From the NCBI GenBank assembly GCA_000002435.2, contig CM018793.1: a DNA stretch of 64,000 bases; one strand, given 5' to 3'. The DNA comes from Giardia intestinalis. Lineage: Eukaryota. Below, one piece after another: positions 31,915 through 41,714 of the stretch. Position 1 is the stretch's first letter. Each line of letters starts with the position of its first letter. The notes beneath the pieces were generated by a model, which was given only the letters and a program-made list of their open reading frames with translations, had not been told where the DNA came from and ran no database searches. The translations under genes were made by a program, and so were the position numbers.

Positions 31915-33753
31915 TCAGTTTCGACTCACGCTTATTCTATTCTTCACAGATGAGAGATTCTCGTGGTACATCGCTGTTGAGATGTTGTCTCTGCGTTCAG
32001 TCATGGAATTTATGGAGCGAAGGCGCTTGGAGAGACAGTCACTCATTTGGAACTTGCTGGGAGCTTCTCCAGAAGGACCACTACCTGCCGTTCCAGATAA
32101 AGAGGCCGCTGAAACGGGGATAGGTCCACGGGACGTTTTGACATGCTTCATATACGGAGGCCGTATCGTACTAGGATCAGTGACGCCGGCTGCTTCCTGA
32201 CGGCGAATGGGCTGTGCCCGCAACTGCCCTGGGTTAACTCCGTGCTGCACGATGTTGATATTCATCGGTGAGTCATCCACGTAGTAGTTGCAGGATATCC
32301 CCTGCGCTGTAGGTTCATCGTCTAAGAAACCATTGAAGGTATCTGCAGAACCTGCTGGATTACCGCACCCAGGCACCTGGGCTATCCCTCCCTTTGTGTA
32401 AAGAAATGCTTCATGATTGACTGGGCCACCAAGTGTCCCACCAGAGGTGGGCTCATGCTCAGCTCCAGCTAGGAAGTCCTGATAGTCACAATCTGTCTTT
32501 GCTACAGCAATCTGTTCGGAGAGGATGGTCTGCTTCCTCGTGTCACCCGTCACATTACTACCAATCACATTGTCTACGGCCCCGACAATTCCCTGCAATG
32601 CCCCCCGCAACGTGCCATCGTGATCAAGCGCCGTTGTTGCCTCATCTGTTAAAGCGTTGATCCCTCGCAAAAAGGCTTGCTTCATTTGGTCCTTTAAGCC
32701 CTTCTCCTTGACAAGGTACTCATTACGCTCTGCCTGTAACAGCTCTATTTCCTGCTTGTACCGCTCACGCTCCTCCTTAAAGTAAAGCTCCCTTTCCTCC
32801 CTGACTTTGGCTACAGCGTCGTGCGCATCCTCAAAGACACGCATATAACGCTTCTTATAGCATATAAGCCTCCAGTGTGTGAGTGCGTTACGAATCATCC
32901 TTCCTCTACGGAGGTCATCCATCGTGCTGATTACGTGATTGTGACTGGCTTCAAGTCGTGCGTTACGTTTCCACCGGAGGAGTAGTCTGTGGAGCATGAG
33001 TGCATCCCTTTTCTCTTGCTTAAGATGGCTAATGAAGTCTGACATTCTCTCACAACACTCTGTTTTATGGACTTCGAGAGCCTTCAAGGCCTTGTGCTCC
33101 TGTTGAAGCTTTGCCAGTTCTTGTTCGGCATATGCCAATTTCTCTCGCAATATGGAGTTATCCTTAGAGAGAAGGGCTACCTCGTGCTCAACAGATTCGC
33201 TAACACCTTGAGCATAGGCATCTAAAACCATTCTTCTAAATGTGTGCATAGCGTCATCCAAGCCCATGATAAAGATGCCATTTTGGCTTGATGGTAGTGC
33301 ACCAGTTGATGCATGTTGTGTTCCATTAGAAAAAGAATGAGTCCCTGTGCCTGGCGGGGCTCCAGTAGAATGCCCGAGAGAAGTTGTTGTAATAAAAGAC
33401 TGTGACGGATGCTGCTGGCTTGCATAGCTAATGTTATGCTGGGTGGTAGATAGTGCGGCAGACAGTGGGACTGGTGGAAACGAAGCGCTATTTTGATTCC
33501 GTTTAGGCTCCACAACTTGAGCTAAATACGCGTCAGAATCAGGTAATCCACTACTATGCTCGTCATGTCTTTGCGATTTGCTCAGCTCCACGTCTGGCTC
33601 GGCCTGTGGGGCGGGATCTATCAAATCAAGTTGCTCGTGTTCCTGAAACGAAACGGTTGCATTTTTGGCACTTCTTGGCCGCCGACCACATTCGTGCTTG
33701 TAGGATGTCGATAAAGACTCTAGTATGGATGCATATGAAAGGTTAGTGCTCAT
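31915..33753 (-). CDS. coiled-coil protein with two Sfi1/POC5-type centrin-binding repeats (POC5-like)
   Basis: The N-terminal half is S/T/P-rich. The C-terminal half is a long coiled coil containing LLLRWKRNARL and ALTHWRLICYKKRY, which both fit the [F/L]xxW[K/R] core of centrin-binding repeats. The nearby KQAFLRGINAL resembles the POC5 conserved box as I remember it. The start is a true ATG with an AT-rich upstream. Confidence 0.3.
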   Translation of the reverse strand: MSTNLSYASILESLSTSYKHECGRRPRSAKNATVSFQEHEQLDLIDPAPQAEPDVELSKSQRHDEHSSGLPDSDAYLAQVVEPKRNQNSASFPPVPLSAALSTTQHNISYASQQHPSQSFITTTSLGHSTGAPPGTGTHSFSNGTQHASTGALPSSQNGIFIMGLDDAMHTFRRMVLDAYAQGVSESVEHEVALLSKDNSILREKLAYAEQELAKLQQEHKALKALEVHKTECCERMSDFISHLKQEKRDALMLHRLLLRWKRNARLEASHNHVISTMDDLRRGRMIRNALTHWRLICYKKRYMRVFEDAHDAVAKVREERELYFKEERERYKQEIELLQAERNEYLVKEKGLKDQMKQAFLRGINALTDEATTALDHDGTLRGALQGIVGAVDNVIGSNVTGDTRKQTILSEQIAVAKTDCDYQDFLAGAEHEPTSGGTLGGPVNHEAFLYTKGGIAQVPGCGNPAGSADTFNGFLDDEPTAQGISCNYYVDDSPMNINIVQHGVNPGQLRAQPIRRQEAAGVTDPSTIRPPYMKHVKTSRGPIPVSAASLSGTAGSGPSGEAPSKFQMSDCLSKRLRSINSMTERRDNISTAMYHENLSSVKNRISVSRN

Positions 33754-33807
33754 AAATCACCAATTGTAAAATTTCACACATAATATTTTTGGCGAAGCCC
33801 ACGATTA

Positions 33808-34563
33808 ATGAGCTCCTCTAGGTCTACCTCATCGGCACGCCGCACCCCAGCACGAGCAGGGTCAACTGCCAGTCGCGCTACGTCACAGTCTACTCAGGGC
33901 ATATCCTCTTCAAATAGGGTAGCCAGCTCAGCAGCGCAAGATAGGCGCACAGTGTCTAATACTTCTCGAGCATCCTCCAGTACATCACGGTCAGCATCCA
34001 ACGCTGTCAGAAACAGGAGCCTGCCGAGCACAAATGTCGCGGACATGTTTCATGCGAAGTACGGTCGCCTGGACACAGAATCAGAGCTTGAAAAGCGCAT
34101 TATCAAACAGTTAGAGTCCGAGTTAATTAAGGTAAAGAAGCAGCATGAAAAATCAATTACTGAAGCAGCCAATTTACAGCGTTTATTGGACGAACGTGGA
34201 AGGGAACACGACAAGGCGGCAAAGAAGTTCCACAATCTTCGAAAGCAACTAGATGACCTTAATGATCAGCTTGCACAGACAAAAGACGAAAAAGTGCAAG
34301 TTGGAATGCTTGTAGAGCGACAGAAGGAGCAGACGCTGGCTGCCTCGGGAAACCTGAATCGGTACCACATAGCCGTTAAGGATCTTCAGAAAAAGGTCAA
34401 TGAGCTTCAGGAGCAGAGGAATCTTGCAGAGACTACAAATCTGGCCATGAAGCAGGAAATTAAGAAGCTCAATTCAGAGACAGCCTCTCTAGAACAGTCT
34501 AACGCAGCACTACAACGACAAATCGACAAACTGAGTGAGTTAATGTACCTAAAGTTTGAATAG
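33808..34563 (+). CDS. hypothetical coiled-coil protein with Ser/Arg/Thr-rich N-terminal low-complexity region
   Basis: This 251-aa ORF starts at a true ATG. Its first 85 aa or so are S/T/R-rich (SSSRSTSSARRTPARAGSTASRATSQS...). The remainder forms a continuous heptad coiled coil (LESELIKVKKQHEKSITEAANLQRLL...LEQSNAALQRQIDKLSELM). Confidence 0.5.
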   Translation: MSSSRSTSSARRTPARAGSTASRATSQSTQGISSSNRVASSAAQDRRTVSNTSRASSSTSRSASNAVRNRSLPSTNVADMFHAKYGRLDTESELEKRIIKQLESELIKVKKQHEKSITEAANLQRLLDERGREHDKAAKKFHNLRKQLDDLNDQLAQTKDEKVQVGMLVERQKEQTLAASGNLNRYHIAVKDLQKKVNELQEQRNLAETTNLAMKQEIKKLNSETASLEQSNAALQRQIDKLSELMYLKFE

Positions 34564-34665
34564 TCTCCATCGTACAGTATCGTTCCTGTCTTTGGTGTCT
34601 TTAGTATCAGTAACTCACTATGATAGCTTCATAAATTTGTTTCTGGTTAATTAAATAAACCTCTG

Positions 34666-35493
34666 ATGGAGGACACTCACAACAGTGCTCCAGAGGTGGC
34701 TGCGGCGGATTTCAAGATTCTGTGGTTGCAGATCCTTGATTACAAGCCTGCTCCCCTCTACTTTTCCCTTCTTGACAACAGTGAGCGTGTGAATTTTTTC
34801 GTAACGGGGGTTCCTTACATCCTGACGCAGACGCATCTTAACCTTGTCTTTTCTTTCTTTGGGAGCGTGAAAGAGGTTATACTCCGAGACTTTGCTCTGA
34901 GAACGGCGCAGCCGCACTGGTCTGTCTGCGGTCCCCGCTTGCCACGGTATGCAGAAATCCGCTTTGACTCGTACCCAGACAAACTGACAGACTACACAGA
35001 AACAACTCTTTACTTTAATGGCAAGGACGTGAGTGATAAGAAGGACTCTGTCCCGCTGGAGTATAACTTTCTGTCACTTGTAGCCATGTATACACAAGCA
35101 TACGTTCGGGATACTTGTATGCCCGCAGATATCCTTGCAGAAGTGGCAGAGATATTTGTGAGAAAGTACGATGCATATTTGGGAGAAGCAGCGTCTGATC
35201 GCTCTCAGAAAGATGAGGATGGATGGAAGACGCTTAGACCTGACAGCAAATACTATAGGAACACCTATGTTTCGAAGAATAAGATATTAGGAATAGATGA
35301 GGAGTACACAGCTATGAAGCTTAAACAGATGAACCAAAAGATGGTGGAAAAGGGCTTCTATAAGTTTCAGCAAATAGAGAAAAAGCAGAGCGATTTGGAG
35401 AAGCTGAGACGCCGGCATGCGGCAGATAAGGAGGTTATAGAGAGGATGCGCTGCGCTGGCCGGCTCAATCCCTTCTTGCACAACATGAAATAG
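34666..35493 (+). CDS. RRP7-like ribosomal RNA processing protein
   Basis: The C-terminal DEDGWKTLRP...KGFYKFQQIEKKQSDLEKLRRRHAADKEVIERMRCAGRLNPF fits the RRP7 C-terminal signature (DEDGF..V.R...K...DFYRFQ.RE.K...L..L+.+FEEDK..I..M+..R+F.PF). The N-terminal part is compatible with a degenerate RRM-like fold. The start context is ggttaattaaataaacctctgATG. Confidence 0.55.
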   Translation: MEDTHNSAPEVAAADFKILWLQILDYKPAPLYFSLLDNSERVNFFVTGVPYILTQTHLNLVFSFFGSVKEVILRDFALRTAQPHWSVCGPRLPRYAEIRFDSYPDKLTDYTETTLYFNGKDVSDKKDSVPLEYNFLSLVAMYTQAYVRDTCMPADILAEVAEIFVRKYDAYLGEAASDRSQKDEDGWKTLRPDSKYYRNTYVSKNKILGIDEEYTAMKLKQMNQKMVEKGFYKFQQIEKKQSDLEKLRRRHAADKEVIERMRCAGRLNPFLHNMK

Positions 35494-37437
35494 CTATTCC
35501 AGGACGTCTGTCGTTTTCCTGAGATAAGTGGCAACAACGCGGGCTGCCTTATTCAGCACGAAGCGCATTCTATCAATTGAAAAGTAGATCCGTCGTTGAT
35601 ATTTTGATATCGCCTCTATCCGTGTTGCACGGGGAAGCGCGGGCCTGTCATTAAAGTAGGGTACTGCCACATTAGCAATGGCATAGCTCTTAAGAGGTAA
35701 CGACGGAGCAATGATGGACACTTCCAAGAGCACATGTGTGGGTTTAAGAGCCACGTCAAAAGGCAGAATAAACTGAGCTGTTTGCAATAGGTTGCCACTA
35801 CGAGGAATAAAAATAGCATCTGGGTGTTTGTAAAGAACAAAGCATAAGGTCGCCCAGACGAAGTTCCGCTCCATGGGGGAAATCAGCAAGCCATCAGGTT
35901 CATAGAAAAAACACTTCGCTAGCCGCTCTCTTAGTGTGTGTATAGAAGATACATTTATAACAGTATTACCAATCAATAGCAAGGGCTCTACAATGTTACC
36001 GATATAGCGACAACTACTTTGACCGAGTGCAAGAGCATCGGGGCACACAAGCTTAATTACATTAGTCCCTGTTATAAAGGCCTTCATAGCGTGTGGGCTA
36101 AACATCAATGTGTGTAGTTGCATAGCGTTTGTATGTTTAATAGAAGGTGCTGTGCAATTCGAAAACATAGGAGCACAGACACTAGCACCATCCTCTACTT
36201 GGTTGTTGTAGGTATTTGTGGGGTCTTGACCTTTCTCTGGAACAACAGTGTCTTTGGATGGAAGATATGCGCAGCCCTCGCCAAACGGCTTCTGATCTTG
36301 ATGCATGCTCTGACGCAGACGAGATTGTGCTAGTATAGGGAACAGTGCTGAGGATGTTTGGTTGTAAAGGTCATTTGGAGCGCATGAAGAAGAGGTTGGC
36401 GCGGCAATAGGATCCCTGATTGCAGATACTACATATTCTGGCACAAGCCTTTCTCCACGGTGAGAGACCGATGCTGTGGAAGGTCGTATACCAGCTGTAA
36501 CTTTTGGTGCAGAACATTTTGTGGGCAAGGGAGTAAGTTTGTCATAGCTTCCAAGGAGGTAACTTTTGAGATACTGATCGGCAGAGAGGTGGCCGTCCTT
36601 CAATTCATGGCTCCTTTGCTGCAGAGCCATGAGGCATGCCTGAATGAGCTTTTCATTATCTTTAAGCTGTGTCTTCAGCAATTGATTCCGCGAGTCTACT
36701 TCATTGGAGGCTTTTGCAATAGTGCGTCTCAGAATGTCTCTATCTTTGTAAAGATTCTCCAACATTCCATGGAGATCTAAATCAGTTTTCGTATCTCGAA
36801 GCGTGGCGCACAGTGAAGCTGTTTCGGTCGTGCTACTAGTAGCAGCCAGGTCAGCAAGTGTGTTACATTTTGTAGCATTGGCTGATGAAGGCCGCACCAG
36901 GCGAGTACCTTGTGTCCTTTGGCGCTGAGATTGCTCCATCTGCAGTTGCTTGAGCCGGTTATCAAACTCTCCGGCAAAAATGGGATTAGTATTGCTATGA
37001 GACGAGGCAGATGCTTCAGGGCTTGCAGAAGACTTGCTACAGCTGCTTTTCTGAGACTCTCTCCGGTGCCTTGAAGATGTAAGGGGAGACACCTGTCCAC
37101 CGGTACAGCCACGATCAAGAGGGTCAGAGTGATCGCTATCGTCCAGAATGCGCTGTTGTATCCGATATACTTGCGAGGCCAAGGACTCAGCCCGCCGCTT
37201 ACTCCGCAGTTCTGAGATAGAGAAGCTTTTTAGGACATCGTCACTAAGCTGGGCAAGAAAGTCATCCTGCAGCAGCCTGGTCTGGAACTCTGCCACTGCA
37301 GATAGCTGGTCAGCTTGTGGGGGCGGACTTTCGTGGGTTGGAGCTGCAAGGTAGGGCTTTACGTCAAGGATGGTTGCGTCTCGCAGTCGACGGGTGCACG
37401 TCCGCAGGCGCTCGTCGCGAGGGCGGGGGTCCAGCAT
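35494..37437 (-). CDS. hypothetical protein (S-rich linker, coiled coil, conserved-looking C-terminal globular domain)
   Basis: The track ORF begins at a TTG at 37446. The first ATG is at 37437 (MLDPRPRDERL...). There is a coiled coil (LENLYKDRDILRRTIAKASNEVDSRNQLLKTQLKDNEKLIQ) and a roughly 300-aa hydrophobic-core C-terminal domain. I recognised no family. Confidence 0.45.
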   Translation of the reverse strand: MLDPRPRDERLRTCTRRLRDATILDVKPYLAAPTHESPPPQADQLSAVAEFQTRLLQDDFLAQLSDDVLKSFSISELRSKRRAESLASQVYRIQQRILDDSDHSDPLDRGCTGGQVSPLTSSRHRRESQKSSCSKSSASPEASASSHSNTNPIFAGEFDNRLKQLQMEQSQRQRTQGTRLVRPSSANATKCNTLADLAATSSTTETASLCATLRDTKTDLDLHGMLENLYKDRDILRRTIAKASNEVDSRNQLLKTQLKDNEKLIQACLMALQQRSHELKDGHLSADQYLKSYLLGSYDKLTPLPTKCSAPKVTAGIRPSTASVSHRGERLVPEYVVSAIRDPIAAPTSSSCAPNDLYNQTSSALFPILAQSRLRQSMHQDQKPFGEGCAYLPSKDTVVPEKGQDPTNTYNNQVEDGASVCAPMFSNCTAPSIKHTNAMQLHTLMFSPHAMKAFITGTNVIKLVCPDALALGQSSCRYIGNIVEPLLLIGNTVINVSSIHTLRERLAKCFFYEPDGLLISPMERNFVWATLCFVLYKHPDAIFIPRSGNLLQTAQFILPFDVALKPTHVLLEVSIIAPSLPLKSYAIANVAVPYFNDRPALPRATRIEAISKYQRRIYFSIDRMRFVLNKAARVVATYLRKTTDVLE

Positions 37438-37501
37438 ACACAGCAACTTTGCTTTTCAAAGAGAGCTAGAGAGTCTATCCATTCTGCTTCCGGGCAAGCG
37501 T

Positions 37502-37583
37502 GACAGTTTGGCCGAGTGGTTAAGGCGATTGACTAGAAATCAATTGTGCTCCGCACGCATGGGTTCGAATCCCATAGCTGTCG
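37502..37583 (+). tRNA. tRNA-Ser (anticodon AGA), class II tRNA with long variable arm
   Basis: I folded it by hand. The acceptor stem GACAGTT/AGCTGTC has 7 bp including one G-U pair. The D arm is GCC-GAGTGGTTAA-GGC, typical of Ser/Leu tRNAs. The anticodon stem ATTGA/TCAAT carries the loop CTAGAAA, giving anticodon AGA. There is a long variable arm (TGTGCTCCGCACGC), the T arm is ATGGG-TTCGAAT-CCCAT, and the discriminator is G. No CCA is encoded. Confidence 0.85.
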
Positions 37584-37605
37584 CTTTCGCCCCCAAAGAA
37601 AAAAG

Positions 37606-39693
37606 ATGCCCGACTTCGTCACCGAGCGCCTCGCCAAGTTCAACGCCCTGCGTGAGAGGCACGCCGCCTCGCAGCCCACCGGGGGCCCTTTCACTGTCAC
37701 GCTGCCCGATGGAAAGACCACCGAGATCCCCGCAAGCTTTACAGCCCTCGACGTGGCCAAACAAGTCGTCAAAAACAAGAAGGTCTACTCCAAGTTTCTG
37801 GCCGCCGTTAGGGACGACGAGGTCATTGACATGTCTGCAAGATTAGGGAAGACCTGCAAGCTCGAGTTCCTCACCTTTGACGACCCTCGGGCAAGAGAAG
37901 TTTTCTGGCACTCCTCTGCGCATCTTCTGGGCTATGCACTTGAAAAGACATTCCAGGCCCACCTAGGTCATGGCCCGGCTATCGACTCCGGCTTCTTCTA
38001 TGACGCCTTTTTCGAGAACTCTCTGAAGATGGAGCCCGAGAGTCTCCTGCAGCTCGACAAGGCAGCTGCAGAAATCGTGAAGCAGGCCGCAGCAGCACCT
38101 GGCGATTCTCCTGTCCGCCGCTTCACACGTCTCGAGGTGACCAAGCAAGAGGCTCTCGATCTCTTTAGCTATTCGAAACTGAAGTCAGAGCTTATATCGG
38201 ATCACGTGCAAGATGGAGAGATGTGCAGTGTGTACCAGTGCGGGGATTTTGTCGACTTCTGCCGCGGCCCACATATTCCTGACTTGGGTCTTATCCAAGC
38301 CTTCAAGTGCATGTACTCCTCTGCTGCCTACTTCAAGGGCGATCAGAACCGCGAGTCTATGCAGCGCGTTTATGCGGTTGCCTTCCCCAGCAAAGACCAA
38401 CTAGATAAGCACATTGAACTTCTCGAGGAGGCAAAGAGACGAGATCATAGAAATCTAGCCAAGGAAATGGATCTTTTCATGACGCACAAGTATGCTCCGG
38501 GCGCGCCAATGTTCATGAACAATGGCACACGGATCTACCGCAAGCTCGAAGCTTTTATTCGCGAGCTCCTCCATGAGTTTGATTATGAAGAGGTCATGAC
38601 ACCGACGTTTCTCAACACTGATCTTTGGGGTATCTCTGGGCACCTGCAGCATTATAAGGAGAACATGTTCTTGTTAGAACGCAAGGAGAAAACCGATCCC
38701 CAATACGGTCTGAAACCCATGAACTGTCCGTGTCACTGTCTCCTCTATAAGAACCAGCACCACTCAGTACAAGAGCTTCCGATACGGATGGCAGAGTTTG
38801 GAGTTGTGCACCGCAATGAGCTTTCCGGTGCCCTCTCTGGCCTGACTCGTGTAGTGCGTTTTGAGCAAGATGATGCACACATTTTCTGCACCGTTGATCA
38901 AATAGAGCAGGAAATGACTGGCTTGATCGAATTTATCAAACGCGTTTATACACCCTTCGGGATTGACTTTGCTCTATCCTTATCTCTGAGACCAGAGAAA
39001 AAGATGGGCTCCGATGAGCTCTGGGATCGTGCAGAGGGCACCCTTCGCAAAGTCTTGACGAACACCGGCCTCGATTTTAAGGAAAATCCCGGGGATGGAG
39101 CGTTTTACGGCCCGAAGATTGATGTCCATCTAACAGATGCCTTAGGAAGACAGCATCAGTGCGGTACCATTCAGCTTGACTTCAACCTCCCCAGTAAGGA
39201 TAGGTTCGACCTGCTTTACAGTGTTTATGACGAAAAGACAGGCAGCGTGAAGCAGGAGCACCCAGTGATGATTCATAGGGCTATCCTTGGATCCGTTGAG
39301 CGCTTCATGGCCATCCTTATTGAAAACACGGGAGGCCGCTTTCCCTTTTGGATCAGCCCTCGTCAAATTGTGGTCATTCCTCTCCATGGCGAAGATATCG
39401 TTGCATACGCCAAGACCGTCCGCGAGCGATACCATTCAAAGGGCTATTTTGTAGATCTCGATATATCTTCCGAAAAGATGGAGAAGAAAATAGCTGTTGC
39501 ATGGAACAAGAAGTACAACTTCATTATGGTTGTGGGAGCTCAGGAGAAAGGAACCTGCAGTGTAGCTCTTAGTGGCCGCACGCTTAGCGCTTACATCGGT
39601 GAAAAGGACAACCAGCGAGCACGCAAAGTCCTTACCCTAGAGGAAACGGACGCCCTGCTGGCAGAGCTGTCGAGTGGCCGCGCGAACATGTGA
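37606..39693 (+). CDS. threonyl-tRNA synthetase (cytosolic, class II)
   Basis: The protein has an N-terminal TGS-like region, an editing domain, a class II catalytic core (LKPMNCPCHCLLYK, FGVVHRNELSGALSGLTRVVRFEQDDAHIF, HRAILGSVERFMAILIEN) and a C-terminal anticodon-binding domain. The track ORF at 37546 starts inside the tRNA gene at a non-ATG codon. The real ATG at 37606 is preceded by ccccaaagaaaaaag. Confidence 0.92.
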   Translation: MPDFVTERLAKFNALRERHAASQPTGGPFTVTLPDGKTTEIPASFTALDVAKQVVKNKKVYSKFLAAVRDDEVIDMSARLGKTCKLEFLTFDDPRAREVFWHSSAHLLGYALEKTFQAHLGHGPAIDSGFFYDAFFENSLKMEPESLLQLDKAAAEIVKQAAAAPGDSPVRRFTRLEVTKQEALDLFSYSKLKSELISDHVQDGEMCSVYQCGDFVDFCRGPHIPDLGLIQAFKCMYSSAAYFKGDQNRESMQRVYAVAFPSKDQLDKHIELLEEAKRRDHRNLAKEMDLFMTHKYAPGAPMFMNNGTRIYRKLEAFIRELLHEFDYEEVMTPTFLNTDLWGISGHLQHYKENMFLLERKEKTDPQYGLKPMNCPCHCLLYKNQHHSVQELPIRMAEFGVVHRNELSGALSGLTRVVRFEQDDAHIFCTVDQIEQEMTGLIEFIKRVYTPFGIDFALSLSLRPEKKMGSDELWDRAEGTLRKVLTNTGLDFKENPGDGAFYGPKIDVHLTDALGRQHQCGTIQLDFNLPSKDRFDLLYSVYDEKTGSVKQEHPVMIHRAILGSVERFMAILIENTGGRFPFWISPRQIVVIPLHGEDIVAYAKTVRERYHSKGYFVDLDISSEKMEKKIAVAWNKKYNFIMVVGAQEKGTCSVALSGRTLSAYIGEKDNQRARKVLTLEETDALLAELSSGRANM

Positions 39694-39707
39694 CGGTGGC
39701 GAACATT

Positions 39708-39714
39708 AGTAAAT
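39708..39714 (+). promoter_or_regulatory. putative polyadenylation signal AGTAAAT for ThrRS
   Basis: AGTAAAT lies 15 nt downstream of the ThrRS stop codon and matches the Giardia AGTRAAY consensus. Confidence 0.4.
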
Positions 39715-39748
39715 TGAAGAGTGACACGCGGCCATTCACTAAAGTAGA

Positions 39749-40672
39749 TCATTTAGCAAGCTTCCAGAACATGAGGCATGCATCGCGGAAGTTAACCTTG
39801 TTGGCCTCCTTGCTCTGGAATCTGCTGAGGATGTCGTCGCGCATAACGCCCCAGCACGCGTAGTGGACCCAGGCGAACTTGTGAAGATCATGGAAGAGCC
39901 CGGTGATGCGGGCAGCCTGCTCGTAGGCCATATCATCGTTCTGCGTCTCTACTGCGCTGTGGAACGCGTAGGCGACAGCACGAGCAGGGGCCAAATTGTA
40001 GTAGTGTGCAATGCACAAACCTCTAGCATTCTCCTTGTCGGCATACCTTGTCTCAATTGCCTCTTGGACGCTCTTGCCCGTAAGGACCTCAAACCTGTGG
40101 TTAATCTCCTTGTACTCGTCGGCGGTGCTCGTGATAATCAGACGCACGACGGCCTCGTGGTCGGGCTCGTCTGCATCTATGAGGTTGTGCTTTAGAACCT
40201 CGGCATCGCTGGCCACCGATCCGCGGGGGGTACGGTTCTCTCTGATGGCAAGGTGGCAGAGGTAGCTCGCAGCAGAGGTGAGGGGTATCTGGTCCACGAA
40301 GTCTTGAAGGAGGTCATTTCCGGTCTTCTCTTTGTAGGCCTGGGCCAGCTTGAGGCGCTCATCGGGCGTGGCAATAAGAACGACGTCGTGGATAGCACGG
40401 AAGTCGTTAACATTCTTCATGGCCTTCTTGATAACGTTCACACGAGCGCTGATGTTGCAGTCCCAACCGAGAGCCATAACATCCTCGTATGGGCCATTCT
40501 TGATGCACTTCTTGAGGAAAGCAATGAACTCCAGCCCGGTGGTATCCTGGAACTGCGTGCGAAGCTCCTTGCGCTCCTCTGCGCTCCACCTTGACGTGAA
40601 AGTCACGAGCTCCTCCTCGTTTTTGGCTTCCAAGATGGCCTTGACCTCAGGGATAGCGTCTCCGTAGGACAT
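39749..40672 (-). CDS. alpha-giardin paralog (annexin-like), third of - strand triplet
   Basis: The protein reads MSYGDAIPEVKAILEAKNEEELVTFTSRWSAEERKELRTQFQDTTG... with annexin-like four-repeat architecture and a family-typical C-terminus. The track start at 40699 is TTG. The ATG at 40672 sits in ttttaaaataATGTCC. A minus-strand AGTGAAT at 39734-39740 lies 9 nt after the stop. Confidence 0.8.
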   Translation of the reverse strand: MSYGDAIPEVKAILEAKNEEELVTFTSRWSAEERKELRTQFQDTTGLEFIAFLKKCIKNGPYEDVMALGWDCNISARVNVIKKAMKNVNDFRAIHDVVLIATPDERLKLAQAYKEKTGNDLLQDFVDQIPLTSAASYLCHLAIRENRTPRGSVASDAEVLKHNLIDADEPDHEAVVRLIITSTADEYKEINHRFEVLTGKSVQEAIETRYADKENARGLCIAHYYNLAPARAVAYAFHSAVETQNDDMAYEQAARITGLFHDLHKFAWVHYACWGVMRDDILSRFQSKEANKVNFRDACLMFWKLAK

Positions 40673-40716
40673 TATTTTAAAACAGTCACACCTTTTCAAA
40701 TGCTTTTGAATTCAAA

Positions 40717-41628
40717 TTATGGGCACAGGGAAGGGATGCCCCACAAAGTAGCGCATGCGCGCGCAACTGGCTCGCGGAATACACGTCTTATATCGCTTCC
40801 AATGTCTCCATACCTTTTGTAGTGTTCTCCTATATCCTTCACTCTATCATAGCAGAAGGCTGTAACACGTATGAGTCTATCGTGGTCTCCATAGTCTGCA
40901 ACAGCCCTGTATATCAAGAGAGCAGCCGCCTCGGCCTGGCCTAGCAATGCTTGAGATGCTAGCTGGCAAGCAACAAGATCGTGCCGCCTGAGGGTGTTGC
41001 TAAGAACCGACATGAGGGTGTCTCCAGCCTGGCGCTCGAACGCATTCAAAGTAAATTGCCAGGTGCTGGGGTCTGCGGTCCCTATTATGAAGGCTATTGC
41101 ATCTATATCCTTCGTCCGAAGAGCAACAAGGAGCTTGTTAGCGTCAGCTTCAGGGTCAGTGCTCCGCAGCTTCTGTGACTCTATCCACAGGAGGCAAAGT
41201 TTCGCCCAGAGGGACGGAAGCTTCGAAAGAACTATGTTGAGCGTGGCTGGGAGCTGAGTCTTGTAGGTGGTACTGTACTCCTTGCAGATTGTATGCCATT
41301 CATTATTCCCCGCAGAATCACTTACTGTAGGCGATAGAATAATGGTATCGATCAAGGAGGGCGGATTAATGTTATCTACGATACCCGCATGAATGGTGCG
41401 GACTCGTGCCGCGGTGTTCATGCTCCACACTAGGGTCATAAGGAGCTGGATATGTCCCCTGGGCAGATAGAAAACGATAGAATCAGCTAGAGAACGGTTG
41501 TGAATAGAAAGGTAAGTGGCGGATAAATCCTTTTTGTCTTGTGCAAGCTTGCTTAGTTGCACAAGCTCTTGCTCATCCTGCGTCGTGAGACATCTGTGCA
41601 ATTCGGTGCATAAAGAGATGTGGTCCAT
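40717..41628 (-). CDS. alpha-giardin paralog (annexin-like), second of - strand triplet
   Basis: The C-terminal ...YKRYGDIGSDIRRVFREPVARACATLWG matches the alpha-1 giardin end motif Y.MYGD.G.DIER.F......LW that I recall. The track start at 41667 is GTG. The ATG at 41628 (MDHISLCTELHRCLTTQDEQELV) is preceded by caagcaaaaaactct. Confidence 0.8.
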   Translation of the reverse strand: MDHISLCTELHRCLTTQDEQELVQLSKLAQDKKDLSATYLSIHNRSLADSIVFYLPRGHIQLLMTLVWSMNTAARVRTIHAGIVDNINPPSLIDTIILSPTVSDSAGNNEWHTICKEYSTTYKTQLPATLNIVLSKLPSLWAKLCLLWIESQKLRSTDPEADANKLLVALRTKDIDAIAFIIGTADPSTWQFTLNAFERQAGDTLMSVLSNTLRRHDLVACQLASQALLGQAEAAALLIYRAVADYGDHDRLIRVTAFCYDRVKDIGEHYKRYGDIGSDIRRVFREPVARACATLWGIPSLCP

Positions 41629-41714
41629 AGAGTTTTTTGCTTGACTGGAGACTGTGACTTCCCACACATTTACTGACTGCTGACTACTTTTACTAGATTA
41701 CTAAGTTTACTAAG

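Noticed and set aside
37546-37605. N-terminal 20 residues of the track's ThrRS ORF (MLRTHGFESHSCRFRPQRKK)
   Set aside because: That stretch is translated from a non-ATG codon through the tRNA-Ser gene. The true ThrRS start is the ATG at 37606.
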